A DNA stretch of 64,000 nt from the human T2T-CHM13v2.0 reference genome, Homo sapiens: the NCBI RefSeq assembly GCF_009914755.1, contig NC_060930.1; one strand, given 5' to 3'. Within the stretch, counting starts at the first letter, position 1. The number at the start of each line of letters is the position of its first letter. Positions 32,517 through 45,250 of this stretch are shown piece by piece. Both the position numbers and the translations under genes were made by a program. The notes under the pieces were generated by a model. It searched no databases. It was not told where the DNA came from and saw only the letters and a list, made by a program, of their open reading frames with translations.

Positions 32517-33228
32517 TGCTTTTCCTCATCTTAAACTACCGGGTAGTTGGTATAGCATCAAAGCTAAAAAAACACATGAGAGATTATCAAATTCTAACAT
32601 TTTGTTTTTCAGATGAGTAAACAATCTTCCTGAGAAGCTAAGTGAGAGCACCAGTTATCACAGGACTATGGCAGAACTAGAAATAGGGGTACCTCCTCCT
32701 CACTTTTCCTGGCCTCGTTAGGGCAAGAGCAGCAAGGTGGTCATTATGACATAGACACACTATACCTTGGAACGTGCATAAAAGACCATTGGGACAAATT
32801 AGGGTCATATATGAAGAACAAACTCCTTTTGAGGGGCATGTATCAAAATGTGGAATAATAGTCTATTAACTTTATTGCATGAATATATATATATATAATA
32901 TATTCATGTGTATTTATATGTATATCTCCAGTATGTATAGATACATACTGTATTAGTCCATTGTATTAGTCTATTTATTTAATAAATAAAATAGCTGTAT
33001 GAAAATGGACTAATACAGCAATTTTATTTATTTTAGTTGTTATGACCTGAATCTTAGCTAAAACCCACAAACAGAAAATTAACTGGGCTATGTGGAAGTC
33101 CTAAACTTAGGTTTAAACACCAAATTACATGATAATAGAAACAGACTTGTCTTAATTCAAGGGAATGAGACATAGCTTAGTAATCTGTGAATGATGCTTT
33201 TCACTGGATGTGAGAATAATGTGTAGTT

Positions 33229-35349
33229 TGTATTAGTCTGTTCTCAGGCTGCTATAAGGACATACCTGAGACTGGGTAATTTATAAAGGAAAGAGGTTTA
33301 TTTGACTCACAGTTCAGCATGGCTGGGGAGGCCTTAGGAGACTTATAATCATGGCAGAAGGGGAAGTAGGCACCTTCTTCACAAGGTGGCAAGAAGGAGA
33401 AGTGTCCAACACAGGGGGAAGAGTTCCTTAGAAAACCATCAGATCTCTTGAGAACTCACTCACTATCATGAGAAACAGCATGAGGGAAACCACCCCCGTG
33501 ATTCAATTACCTCCACCTGTCCTCTCACTTGCCACGTGGGAATATGGAGATTATAGGGATTACAATTCAAGATGAGATTAGGGTGGTGAAACAAAGCCTA
33601 ACCATATAATTCCAACACTGCTCCCTCCCAAATCTCATGTCTCTTTCACATTTCAAAACCAATCATGCCTTCCCAACAGTCCCCTAAAGACTTAATTCAT
33701 TCCAGTATTAACCCAAAAGTCCAAGTCCAAAGTCTCTCCTGAGACAAGGCAAGTCTCTCCTGCCTGTGATCCTGTAAAAGCAAAAGCAAGTTAGTTTTAT
33801 TCCTAAATACCACAGGGGTACAGGCATTGGGTGAATATACCCATTCTAAATAGGAGAAATTGGCCAAAACAAAGGGGCTACAGGCACCACCCAAGTCCAA
33901 AATCCAGTGGTGCACTCAAATCTTAAGGCTCCTAAATGATATCCTTTGACTCCATGTCTCACATTCAGGTCACACCGATGCAAGAGGTGGGCTCCCGTGA
34001 CCTTGGGCTGCTCTGCCCCTGTGGCATTGCAGGGTATATAGCTCCACTCCTAGCTGCCTTCACAGGTTGGTGTTGAGTCTCTGTGGCTTTTCGAGGTGCA
34101 CGGTGCAAAGTGCCTGTGGATCAACCATCCTAAAATCTGGAGGATTGTGGCCCTCTTCTCACAGCTCCACTAGGCAGTGCCCCAGTGGGGACACCGTGTG
34201 GGGGCTCTGACCCCACATTTCCCTCCCACACTGTCCTACAGAGGTTCTCCATGAGGGCTCTGCCCCTGCAGCAAACTTCTCCCTGGACCTCCAGGTGTTT
34301 CCATACATCTTCTGAAATGTAGTCAGAGGTTCCCAAACCTCAATTCTTTACCTCTGTAAACCTGCAGACTCAACACCACGTGGAAGCTGCCAAGGCTTAG
34401 GGCTTGCACCCCCTGAAGCCATTGGCCAAGCTGCACATTAGCCCCTTTTAGCCATGACTGGGACACAGGGCATCAAGTCCTGAGACTGCGCAAAGCAGCA
34501 AGGCCCTGGACCCAGCCGATGAAACCATTTTTTCCTCCTAGGCCTCCAGGCCTGTGATGGAAGGGGCTGCCGTGAAGACCTCTGACACCCCATGGACAAA
34601 TTTTTCCCATTGTCTTGGTAATTAACATATGACTCCTCATTTCTTATGCAAATTGCTGCAGCAAGCTTGAATTTCTCCTCAGAAAATGGGTTTTTCTTTT
34701 CTATCACATCATCAGGCAGCAAATTTTCTAAACTTTTATGCTCTGCTTCCCTTTTAAACATAGTTCCAATTCCAAACATCTCTTTGTGAATGCATAAAAC
34801 TAAATGCTTTTAATAACTCCCAGGTCACCTCTTGAATGCTTTGCTGCTTAGAAAATATTTTTTTGCCAGATACCCTAAATCATCTCTCTCAAAATCGAAT
34901 TTCCACAGATCCCTAGAGCAGGGGCAAAATGTCACCAGTCTGTTTGGCAAAGCATAGCAGGTATCACCTTTATTCCATTTCCCAACAAGTTCTGCATCTC
35001 TGTCTGATACCACCTCAGCCTAGACTTCATTGTCCATATCACTATCAGCATCCTGGTCAAAGCCATTCAACAAGTTTCTAGAAACTTCCAAACTTTCCCA
35101 CATCTTCCTATCTTCTTCTGAGCCCTCCAAACTGTTCCAACCTCTGCCTGTTACCCAGTTCCAAAGTCACTTCTACATTTTTGGGTATCTTTATAGTAGC
35201 ACCCCGCTCTCTGTGATACCAATTTACTGTATTAGACAGTTTTTATACTACTATAAAGAACTGCCCAAGACTGGACAATTTACAAAAGAAAGAGGTTTAA
35301 TTGACTCACAGTTTAGTATGGCTGGGGAGGCCTCAGGAAACTTACAATC
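33229..35349 (-). mobile_element. THE1D MaLR provirus: full 3' LTR (33229-33609), internal (33610-35227), truncated 5' LTR (35228-35349)
   Basis: tgtattagtc termini at 33229 and tgtattagac at 35228; THE1-int antisense between them. Confidence 0.88.
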
Positions 35350-37299
35350 TTCCATATACCAGTATATCTTCAATATACCAGTGTTTTCATTTCTATATTT
35401 CTTTTGGCTTTTTCTTTATGTTTCACCTTCTCGCTAACTTCTTCAAACCCTTTGAACTCTTCTCACTAGGCACTGTCCCATATTTTAAACAAAAAAAAAA
35501 ACAAAATTTCTAATTTCTCAAACATTCACCTTCAGCCACTTAAATATATGACTATATTTTTTACCATTTCTTTACCTGGCATGACAGCTTCCCTGAAGTC
35601 TTAAAATTCATTTAAGTTTTGGTGTCTTGTTCAACTCCTGGTGCTTCCAGTTATCTCACTCAGTTTCTGGTATGAACCACTATTCTTCTCCAGCATAAAC
35701 ATTTCCAGTGCCTTCCTTTGTCCATTTAGTTCCATTCTGGCTTCACCACTCTCCTAATCAATGTAAATACCAAGATCAAGCAGTAAAATTATTCTTATGA
35801 CTACTTTTATTTCTGGTGGGCACCTTGTCATGTGTTCCCTTTGTCTATCAAAATCCTAGACCTGAAGCTATAATAATTCATCTTTTTTACCCCTATAACA
35901 AGATTGCTGAACAATGAAAAATCACAGAATGCAACCACTGTCAACTCACAGTATTCAGCCTCTGGTGATTGTTAAAACTGAAGTCGTCTTCTTTTATATA
36001 TTCCTGGTCAGCTTAATTCTACCTCTCCTAAAACTCTCAGGAGGTAATGTCCCCCACCTCAGACAGAAGAGAGGCCAGAGGTGGAGGAACTGAAAAAATT
36101 ACACACAATTTTTTCTCCCATATCACTTTAAAAAGCCAGCCTTCACCCAGATCCTATAGCGATCCATCTTCATTCTTTCTCTTCTAGTTCCAGGAGAAGA
36201 TGCAGTTTCTTCCAGTTATGAGCTAATCTTTCTTAGTGTTTAAAATAAGCCCCTTATAATATCTTTGGGAATGTTTCCAAACATTCGATATGATTATAGC
36301 TCCTTTCAAGATCTACAATCTTTCTATATTGGTTCTTACTCTGTTCCTCACAGTAAACACGGTCATCTCTCTTCTGTCACAAAACAAAAACCTTCCCCTG
36401 ACTCCCCCTTCCCTATTGTTTGTCCTTTTCTTCCTTCTCTTCAACCAAACTGTATAAAGAAAACTCACTGTTATTTCTTGTATTTCCTCCTTAATACATT
36501 GCAATCTATCACTTTACTGAAGCTGTTATTCCTCACATCACAAGTGGTCACATAGTTTGATTCAGTGAACATTTTTTGGTTCTCAGACTATTCATTCTGT
36601 TTACAGCACTCAAAATTAACTTACAATGTTTAAAAATCTCTCTTCTTTCCATCTTCAATGACACCACTCTCTATAGCCTGCCTTTCTCTTCCTCTGTCCA
36701 TGAGTTAGTGGTGATGCAAGTTCAGGATTCTCTCCTTGGCTCTTTTAGGGGATGTTCCCACTTGTCAGCAAGCAAGAATCTGAACCCTCTTCTGAGGTTG
36801 CTGGGATTTTTCATTTTATGTCTTGTTGATAGGCAGAGATTGTCTTTCTCTATGGAAAATGAGACTTGATTTCTACATCTTCTTTACAACCAGCATGTAC
36901 ACATGTGACACAGTAGCTTTTGACTCGGGAGCTTGTGAATGTAAGAAGCGGGATGGGTGAGGCTCACTTCCACAGGGCTGACAGGCAGTGGAAATGTTGG
37001 CAGAGGCAGCATCGGCAGGGGTGATAGGTCTTATCCATCTCATTTCCACACTAAGAAGATGGGTTGCATAAGCCACAGAGGCCCCTTGTCGGGACTGGTG
37101 GTAGCAGAGTTCTCAGCCTTGGTCAAGAAAAGAGTATCCTTATCCTCAGAGATCTGCAACAGCAAAGGACTGAAAAAACACAATTTCGTGCAGTGATACC
37201 TGCTAAAACATACAAAACTGGGCCGTGTGATAGGAGGTAGCAAATGTAATGTAAATGGGAACTGCTTCACTAAAATAATCAGAGGTCATTCAGCTGAGG

Positions 37300-38700
37300 A
37301 GTCACATGGGGTCATGATGCTAAAAGAGAGAAGCAAACCATGAAATATCTTAGAAAGAGCCTCCCCACAGAAAGTACGACCACGCAGGCACAGGCTGGGT
37401 GATGTCCAAAGAAGCCTGGGTCAGCAGATTGGGAAGCTCAGGCAAGAGTGGTGGGACCTGAGGTCAGATGTTGGACAAGGGCCAGGGCCTGGACGAATTT
37501 GGATTTAATTTCATGAGTACCTTGCAGTTAAGTTATACTTATTAAGATGGTGAAATGTAATCGGTTCAGGATATGTTTTGAAGGAAGAGCTGGTAACTCA
37601 TGATGAGTGATAGGATATGAGGTATGACTGCTAGGTTTTGGACCTTAACAATCAAATAACAGTGAAATTCATGAAACGGAAAGATGGAGAAGGCATTAAT
37701 GTGGAAAAGGGTGCAATGAAGAATTCTCTGTGGCTGTGTTAACTTGGATACGCATGTGAGGCATCAAAGGGGAGAACAGTGGGTTGAAGAATTTTGGATG
37801 CAGTGGAGATTGAGCTGGAAGTGTAAACTTAACAGTCACCCACGTAGTAAATGCACATACAAAATAGAGCTATGATAAGCAACTTTGAAACTTAGAGACC
37901 AGGGAAAGGATGACCCAGTAAAGGAGATAGAGAAGGGGTAGAGAAAAGAGAAGAAAACTAGGATTGTGGTGTGATGGAAGTTATGTAATTCATGTGTTTC
38001 CAGAAAGAAGGAATCATTAAGGAATGGCACAAAATTGACTATTGTACATGGAAGGATGCAAGTTATTGGCTTCCTTGACATGAACAGATTTATGAAGGAG
38101 TAGAACTCAAATCCTGAAGGGTAGGTGAAGAGAGGTGAGGAATGAAGGCAGAGATTGGAAGCAACCCTTCCAAGGAGTTATGCTATAAGAGGAACAGGTG
38201 CAGGAGTTGAAGCTGATTATGGGCTCAAAAGAGGTTCATGCATTTATCTATTGATTTCTTTAATGAGAGCATATTTGTTTGCTAAAAATGATCCAGTAGA
38301 GAGTGACAGAATAATAATGCAGAAGGGAGAAGATATAATTGCAATAATAAAGTCCTGGGGAAAGCAAGAAGAATGGAACCCAGAGCAAAAAATAGAGTTG
38401 TTTGACGTGCACATGAGCAGTTCATCCATTTCAACAGGAACGAAAGCAGAGCTGCCCGAGATCCATGGAGATTGGCTGTTTCTTTTCTGGTGGCTTCTAT
38501 TTTCTATGTAGAATGAGATGAGATGTCATGAACTAATAGTGAGGTGGAAACAGGGATGCTGGGACTTAGAGGCAGGAGGAGAAGATATACAATAGATGTG
38601 TCAGAGAGTAGGAGTGTAATTTAACTATAGAAATTTATAGGACTGCCAAGCAGTGAGAAAGGCCCACTTGGGAACTGTGGTGATAAATTAAAGAGGTCCC
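37300..38700. mobile_element. Degraded L2-like tract
   Basis: Purine-rich L2-like phrases (gaggtcagatgttgga...gggccagg...tttggattt, tgtggtgtgatggaag); orientation and limits uncertain. Confidence 0.45.
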
Positions 38701-39105
38701 AGTTAGCATTGCTGCAAGATGTCACCGTCTTGCAGAGTGGGGTTTATGTTTTATTTTCTCTTTATATCTTGAGGCTACCACAGTAGATATTCAATGAATG
38801 ACAGCCAAAAATTGACTTCACTGGATAAAACTCCAGATGAGAAAATGCTTCTTTATGTGTAAATATGTCTAGGGCAGGATAGCAAATAAAAGCGCAGAGC
38901 CCTTTCAAGACCCTCTTTCATGAGTTGTCATTATCTCCATGATCATCACCTTTTTCAACATTTCTCTAATGCTTTCCAGTTCACAGAGTTTCCAAAGTGA
39001 AATTGTAGCTTTGTTGAAAGATGAATTTTGTTTTCTAAGCCAATTGCATAAGTCAGCACCCCACTTTAGGTTATTATATCATAGAGGTTAGTAATATAGG
39101 CGTGC

Positions 39106-39153
39106 TTTGGAGTTGGACACCCACACATTTGGAGTTGGACACCCACACATTTG
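39106..39153. repeat. 22-bp tandem duplication within a MIR
   Basis: tttggagttggacacccacaca x2 plus tttg. Confidence 0.9.
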
Positions 39154-39599
39154 AATCCTGGTTCAAACACCTATTAGCTATGTGATCTGAGTTATATTAC
39201 CCAAACTATTTCTGCCTCAGTTTTTTAATCAATAAAATTAAAAATGATAATATCTACTTAATATGCAAAGTTTAAAGGAAGTAAGTGTGTGATAAATATT
39301 AACTATAATTGCAAAACTCCGTAGTAGAATATAAGAATCAAGGCAGATATCACAAATTAGAATGTCGTGACAGAATAACTGGTATGTGAATCACCATACA
39401 CAACTAGAAAACTGGACAAACATATGAAAAACCATCTTTTCATATTGGGTTTCAGATAGGAAAGGACTGGATCCTGAGAAGAGAGAAACAAATGAGGTAA
39501 GCCTTCCAATTGTGTGAAATTCTGAATTCATGGTAGGGAACAGTGAAGGAATATGTACCACCCTGTTTCTTGTTAACCAAACTTTGAATATTTTCTAAT

Positions 39600-42500
39600 G
39601 GTTTTGGTGGCTTTTGTATCATATAACACTTCATTGCTTTATATCTCAATCTTTTCCAGATCCTCTATTTGCTTACTGAACACTAGCCATTAGATCAGGT
39701 TTTTAAAAATTCAGTCATTAGCAATCACTGTCATCAATGGAGCTTTATCCTCTTGATTGAACTGTTCTCCATCACTTTGAGAGTACCCATATAAAATAAC
39801 CACATGTTATATGCAATCCCATACTTACCTTTTTCCTTTGCTGCTTGCAACCATATTAATTTGCATTGCCTTTGGGTTACAGGTTGAATTCAATTCTACA
39901 CAAAATAAAGTGTTGTGCCATTTTTTCATGTGACATTTTCTGGTTTTGATTTTTGTGTGTAGCTTATATAAACTACTGTCAAAATTTTATTGTTAGAATT
40001 CAGAGAAAGCTTCATGTTTCCTGCTGTGTGATATATCACCCTGTACCTCTTTAAGTAAGTAGAACTTATTTTTATGTATTATTTGGTTTACAAATGAAAA
40101 CAAACTCTGATAAGAGTTAGTCACTATTAGGAAAGACAAAAAAGAATAAAAATAGATCAACAATGATAGCCTTTTACTTGTAATTCAGTATTTGTAATAT
40201 ATATTGGTGCTGAGCTACTGAAAATCTTAATTTTTATTTTTAAATGGTGAATGGCAGATAATAATGTACACACTCACACTTACCCTTGAACAGAATTACA
40301 GAGTGTGCCACAAAAAGGACGGTGTAGTGGGAGATTAAACTTCGTTTACCGTGAAATAATAACGAACCTTAATAAACATGAAGTACTATTAGGGCAAGCA
40401 ACATACATTCTGTCACTTGATTTATAAAGTCATGAATAAAATAATTTGTCACCTGACTTTACTTATGCCCAGATTACCTGGCTTCTCTGCCATCAAAGCA
40501 TAAAAACAAGAAGAGGACTTACAGACTGTTTCTTTCATACATAAAGGAAATTATAAAAGAACTCTTCACTTTGAGAAGTATAGTAATATGCTAGCCTCAA
40601 CTACTTAAACTTTATATTAAATAGTTTTATATGTTAAAATTTGTCCCTAGAAAGTTTTCTAATTTAACATTTGCAATAATGAATAATGAGACTACCTATG
40701 AAAATTGTCATATTTTTTAAATATGAAAACAATCAACTCTCCTTGTTAAAATTTCTTCTAACATACGTAAGAATATTCTAATGAGAGGCTACTCCAAGAT
40801 ATAACAGGTTTTCTGTCAATAACAATAGCCAATCCAAAGCCGTTAATCAGAGGAATGTCTTAGAGAAGATATAAGCACAGGGTATAAATGACTAAATAAA
40901 TGACACTTAAACCATCATCAGTTCAAAATAAGAAGTTCTGCTTATTGAAGACGAGGTAGACATACTTTTCCCTATTTATATTGCTAAGATATAATGCACA
41001 TGAAAAACATAAGAAGTTTCCAAAAGGTGGAGATAACATAGCCTTCATAGGGACTTCGGAATTCATGCACATGAACTTATGGTAATTTCCTTGGATTTTC
41101 TGTTTGCCTCATCTATCCAAATCATGGTGATGAAGAAGTCTGAAATTTAGAAACAATAATGAACACAGACAAAAATAATCTCCAGAGGAGTCTGCTCTTT
41201 CTGTAGCCAAAGGACTTAGAAAGAAACAGCAGAGCAATGCAGAAAACTTTCAAACAATGACTCCAGGTGAACACCACAGAAAAGTCTGTGCCCCCACCCT
41301 CACACAGGCGAGTTAAGGCCAAGGCAGGACTTGCAAGGCTGTGATCAGGCATGGAAAAAATGTTATTGCTACAGACCCTGTAGATGTCAAAAGAACGGCA
41401 AGAGAATACTGTGAATAACTCTATGCACATAAATTCGACAAGTTAGATAAAATGGAACAAATACTTGAAAAATACAAAGTAGCACAATTCACCCAATACA
41501 AGATTGATAATTTTAATAGCCCTCTAACTATTAAGGAGATTGAAGTTTTGATTTTAAAACTCTTCCCAAAAAGAAACCTCCAGCTCCAGATGGTTTTAGT
41601 ACAGAATTCTACAGAATGTTTAAATAATTAACACAATTCTATACAATGTCTCCCAAAAATTAGAAGAGGGAACACTTCATATTTATTTTACAAAGCTAGT
41701 ATTACCTTAATAGCAAAAGCAGACAAAGATAGTACCTAAAAATAAAGTGAGAAACCAACAAATCATAAACAGAGACAAAAAATTTAAAATAAACTATCAG
41801 CAAATATAAATCCATGACATCTAAAAAAATTACACTATGACCAAGGGAAGTTGATTGCAGGAATTTAAGGCTGATCAATATTTAAAACTCAATGTATGCC
41901 ACCATATCAATAAAGTAAATAAAAAGAAACAAATGATCATATTAACTGATGCAGAAAAAGCACTTGACAAAATTCAGCATCCATTCATGGTAAAAAATGT
42001 TAGGAAATAGGAATAAAAGGGAGCTTCTTCAACTTAAAAACTAACAAAAATGAACAGATAAGATTACACTTAATGGTGAAAGACAATGTTTACATCCTAA
42101 GATTTAGAACAAATCGAGACTGTTTGCTCTCACCACTCTTAATTTATACATAATGCTGGAAGTGATAGCCAGTGAAATAAGACTATGGAAGGAAATAAGA
42201 AGTATGCAGATTAAAAGGAAAAAAATAAAGCTGTCCTATTTGCAGATGATATGATTGTCTACATAGAAAATTCCAAAGAATCTAGAAGAAATTCTGGAAC
42301 TAATAAGTGAGTTGCCAGATACAAAATTAACAAAAAAAATCAATTTGTATTTGTGTATACTAGCAATGAACACATGGACACTAAAATTAAAAATAAAAAT
42401 TTTAGTTATTATTTACAATTACTCAAAAAATTTAATACTTAGGTATAAAACTAACAAAACATATGCAGAAATGTGTATGTGGAAAATTACACAGTACTGA

Positions 42501-45250
42501 TAACAGAAATCAAAGAAGATCTAAATACATGCAGAGACATGCTATATTAATGGGTTGGAAGACTCAACAAAGAAAAAATGTCAATTGTACTAAAATTGAT
42601 ATACTGGTTTTACACAATTTTTAACAAATTTAGCAAATTTGTTTAGGTATACACAAGATTATTTTAAAACTTCTAGAGTAATCTAAAACAATTTTGAAAA
42701 GAAATAAAAAAGTGGGAGAAATTAGCTTACCAAATTTCAGAATGTATTGCATAGCTGCATTAACCAAGACTATGTGGTAGTGGGGAAGGTATAGACACAG
42801 AGAACTATTAACTAGAACAGAGAACCCCCAAATCAACTCCAACAATATGCCCAACTGATTTGGCAGTGGTGAAAGCAACTCTGTGGAGAGAAAATTACCT
42901 TCTCAATAACAGTGTTTCAGCAACTGGACATCCATAGGCAAAATAAACTAACCTTGATATTCAAAAAAATGAAATCTCATATTATACAAAGTTAACACAA
43001 TATAGATCATAGAGTTAAATATAAAAAAAGTATTTGAGGAGAAAATTTTCAATATCTAGGGCTAGAAAGAATTCTTGGACTTCTCACCAAAAACAATCTA
43101 TAAAAGGAAAAAATGATAAATTTTACTTCACCAAAATTAAAAAGTTTTTGTTTTGTGGAAGATTCTGTTGAAAATGAAAAGGTAAGTTAGGGAGTAGAAG
43201 AACATATCTGTAAGCTATACATCTGACAAAGGAATAGTATCTAGAATACATAAAGAACTCATAACTCATCAATAAAAGACCAAACAATTTAATGGGCAAA
43301 ATAAATAAAGAGATATTTCACTGAAAGGAATATACGGTTTGCAAATAAGTGCACAAAAGGATCTTCAATGTTATTAGCCATTGGGAAAGTAAATTAAAAC
43401 CGCAATGAGATATTACCACTTATCTGTGAAAATAGCTAAAATTAAAACAAAACAAAACAAAACAAAAAAAACTAGTGACAACACCAAATGCCCGTGAAGG
43501 TGAGGAGGAACTGGATAATTCATATATTCCTGGTGGAAATGTAAATTTCTGCAGCCACCCTGGAAAACAGTTTGGCAATTTTTTTAAAAGCTAATATGAA
43601 ACTACCATACAACTCAGAAAGTGAACTTTTGGGTCAGAGAATTGAACACTATGGCACTCAAAAACCTGGACACGAATATTTATAGCAGCTTTATTTGTAA
43701 AAGCCCCAAACTGGAAATAATACAGGTGTCCTTCATCAGGTGAAAGGTGGTACAAACTGTGGTACAGCCATAGTGTGGAATACTTAGCAACAATAAAGTC
43801 AATTATCAATACACACAAATGAATGAATTTCCAGAGAAGTATGGCTGAGTAAAAAAAAAAAGCCATTGTTAAAGGCTAAATATTATATTATTCCATTTAT
43901 AATATTCTTGAAATGACAAAATTATAGAAATGCAGAGCAGATTGGCCACAGTTAAGGACAGGGCAGGGACAGAAGGGAATTGTGTGTGGCTATAATGGCA
44001 AGATAAGGGGTCTTTATAGTGATGAAATGTTCCATATCTTGACTATATTAGCAACAGCATCCTGGTTGTGATGTTGTGCTACAGGTTTGTAAGATGTTAC
44101 CATTCGGGAAAGCTGAGTAAAAGGTATTCAGGATGTCCCTGTATTATTTCTTAAAATTGCCTATGCATTTATAATCATCTCAAAATAAAAAGTTTAATAA
44201 AGGTATAGATTATTGACTGGATATAGGCAGCCTTTATTACATTAATTGCTCGCAGACAAAATTAAACAATGAATATAAATAGATAATATTTTCTAAATTG
44301 AGAGGTATTATTTTGCAGTAGGAAGACCATAGGCTTTAGAGACAGAATATAAGTTTGAACCTTAGATCTGCTGAGGATTAGCTGTGTCAACTTATTCTAA
44401 AACTCACATTTACTGACTCTATATCTAGTGTTCCTTCAACTACATCACTGTGTTCTTAAATCACATAGCTTTCATAGATCAATTGACAATAGAATATTGA
44501 TGCATAAATTATCTAAGGTTGGATGTCATATTACCAGACAACTAAGAATAGTATTACAGTAAATATAATACCACTAAAATCCATCTAAATTTTAAAATGA
44601 ATGTTACTTACAGCACATGATGAAAATAATGCTAAAGAAAATCTGTTTCTGTCAACAGTTGTTTAATGGGCTGTATTTTGGGGGTACTATCTAGTTACTT
44701 TAAATTGTGAAAAAAATTAACATCATTACCCAGGACCAGGAGGAATAACAAATATGTAATAAGAATCTGGTCTATAGTTTATGGAAAAAAATATAGCGAC
44801 ACAATACAGTAACGATTACGGATACACTGGTGCAAATAAATGAGCAAGCATTCGTAAAATGTGCCCAATTTTACAGCCATGTCAGTTTTAATAGTATAAT
44901 TTCTCCTAACTGCTACCGTGGGTATTGGTTCAATATGAACTGGAGGAAGACTACCTTCTACTGAATCAATTACTGCATGAACACAAAACAACATTCCAGT
45001 TGCCAGTTTAGACTGATAGAAATAATTTGATCAAAATTAATAAATAGTTCTTGCAGAGAACCGTACTTTTTTTTTTTTTTCAAATCTTCTTGCAGATTTA
45101 ATACCAAGATTCTCAGGTGCGCTCAGACTGACATTGCCAGTCATGTTGTGGTATACTGCAACTGCTTTTCTCTACAATTTCTACACCACCAAAAAACTGT
45201 AAAACTGATCATTTATACTGTTACTTATATATTGAGAATGCTACTTTGGT
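39600..45250 (+). mobile_element. Probable fossil hAT (Tip100/Zaphod-like) transposase, split by an L1 (pieces ~39600-40930 and ~44430-45250)
   Basis: Colinear degenerate motifs on +: ILLLEFRESFMF and FLLCDISP..SK*NLFLCIIW (39984-40090), GAELLKIL (~40206), DTLVQINEQAF (44821), ALRLTLPV-23nt-FS (45119-45171). Confidence 0.5.
40940..44200 (+). mobile_element. L1MC-type element (5' region joined to ORF2 and 3'UTR)
   Basis: ORF2 motifs gatgcagaaaaagcacttgacaaaattcagcatcc and tttgcagatgatatgattgt (FADD); 3' end ataatcatctcaaaataaaaagtttaataaa. Confidence 0.85.

Noticed and set aside
36690-37200. Possible old LTR-like segment (similarly 53800-54300)
   Set aside because: Could not assign a family or termini from sequence alone
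39829-45200. Series of minus-strand exon-like segments with AG/GT signals (e.g. 39829-39895, 40284-40367, 44875-45012) suggesting an unprocessed pseudogene
   Set aside because: Several implied introns are implausibly short (27-54 nt), phases are inconsistent and no protein was recognised; the plus strand is better explained as a hAT transposase fossil
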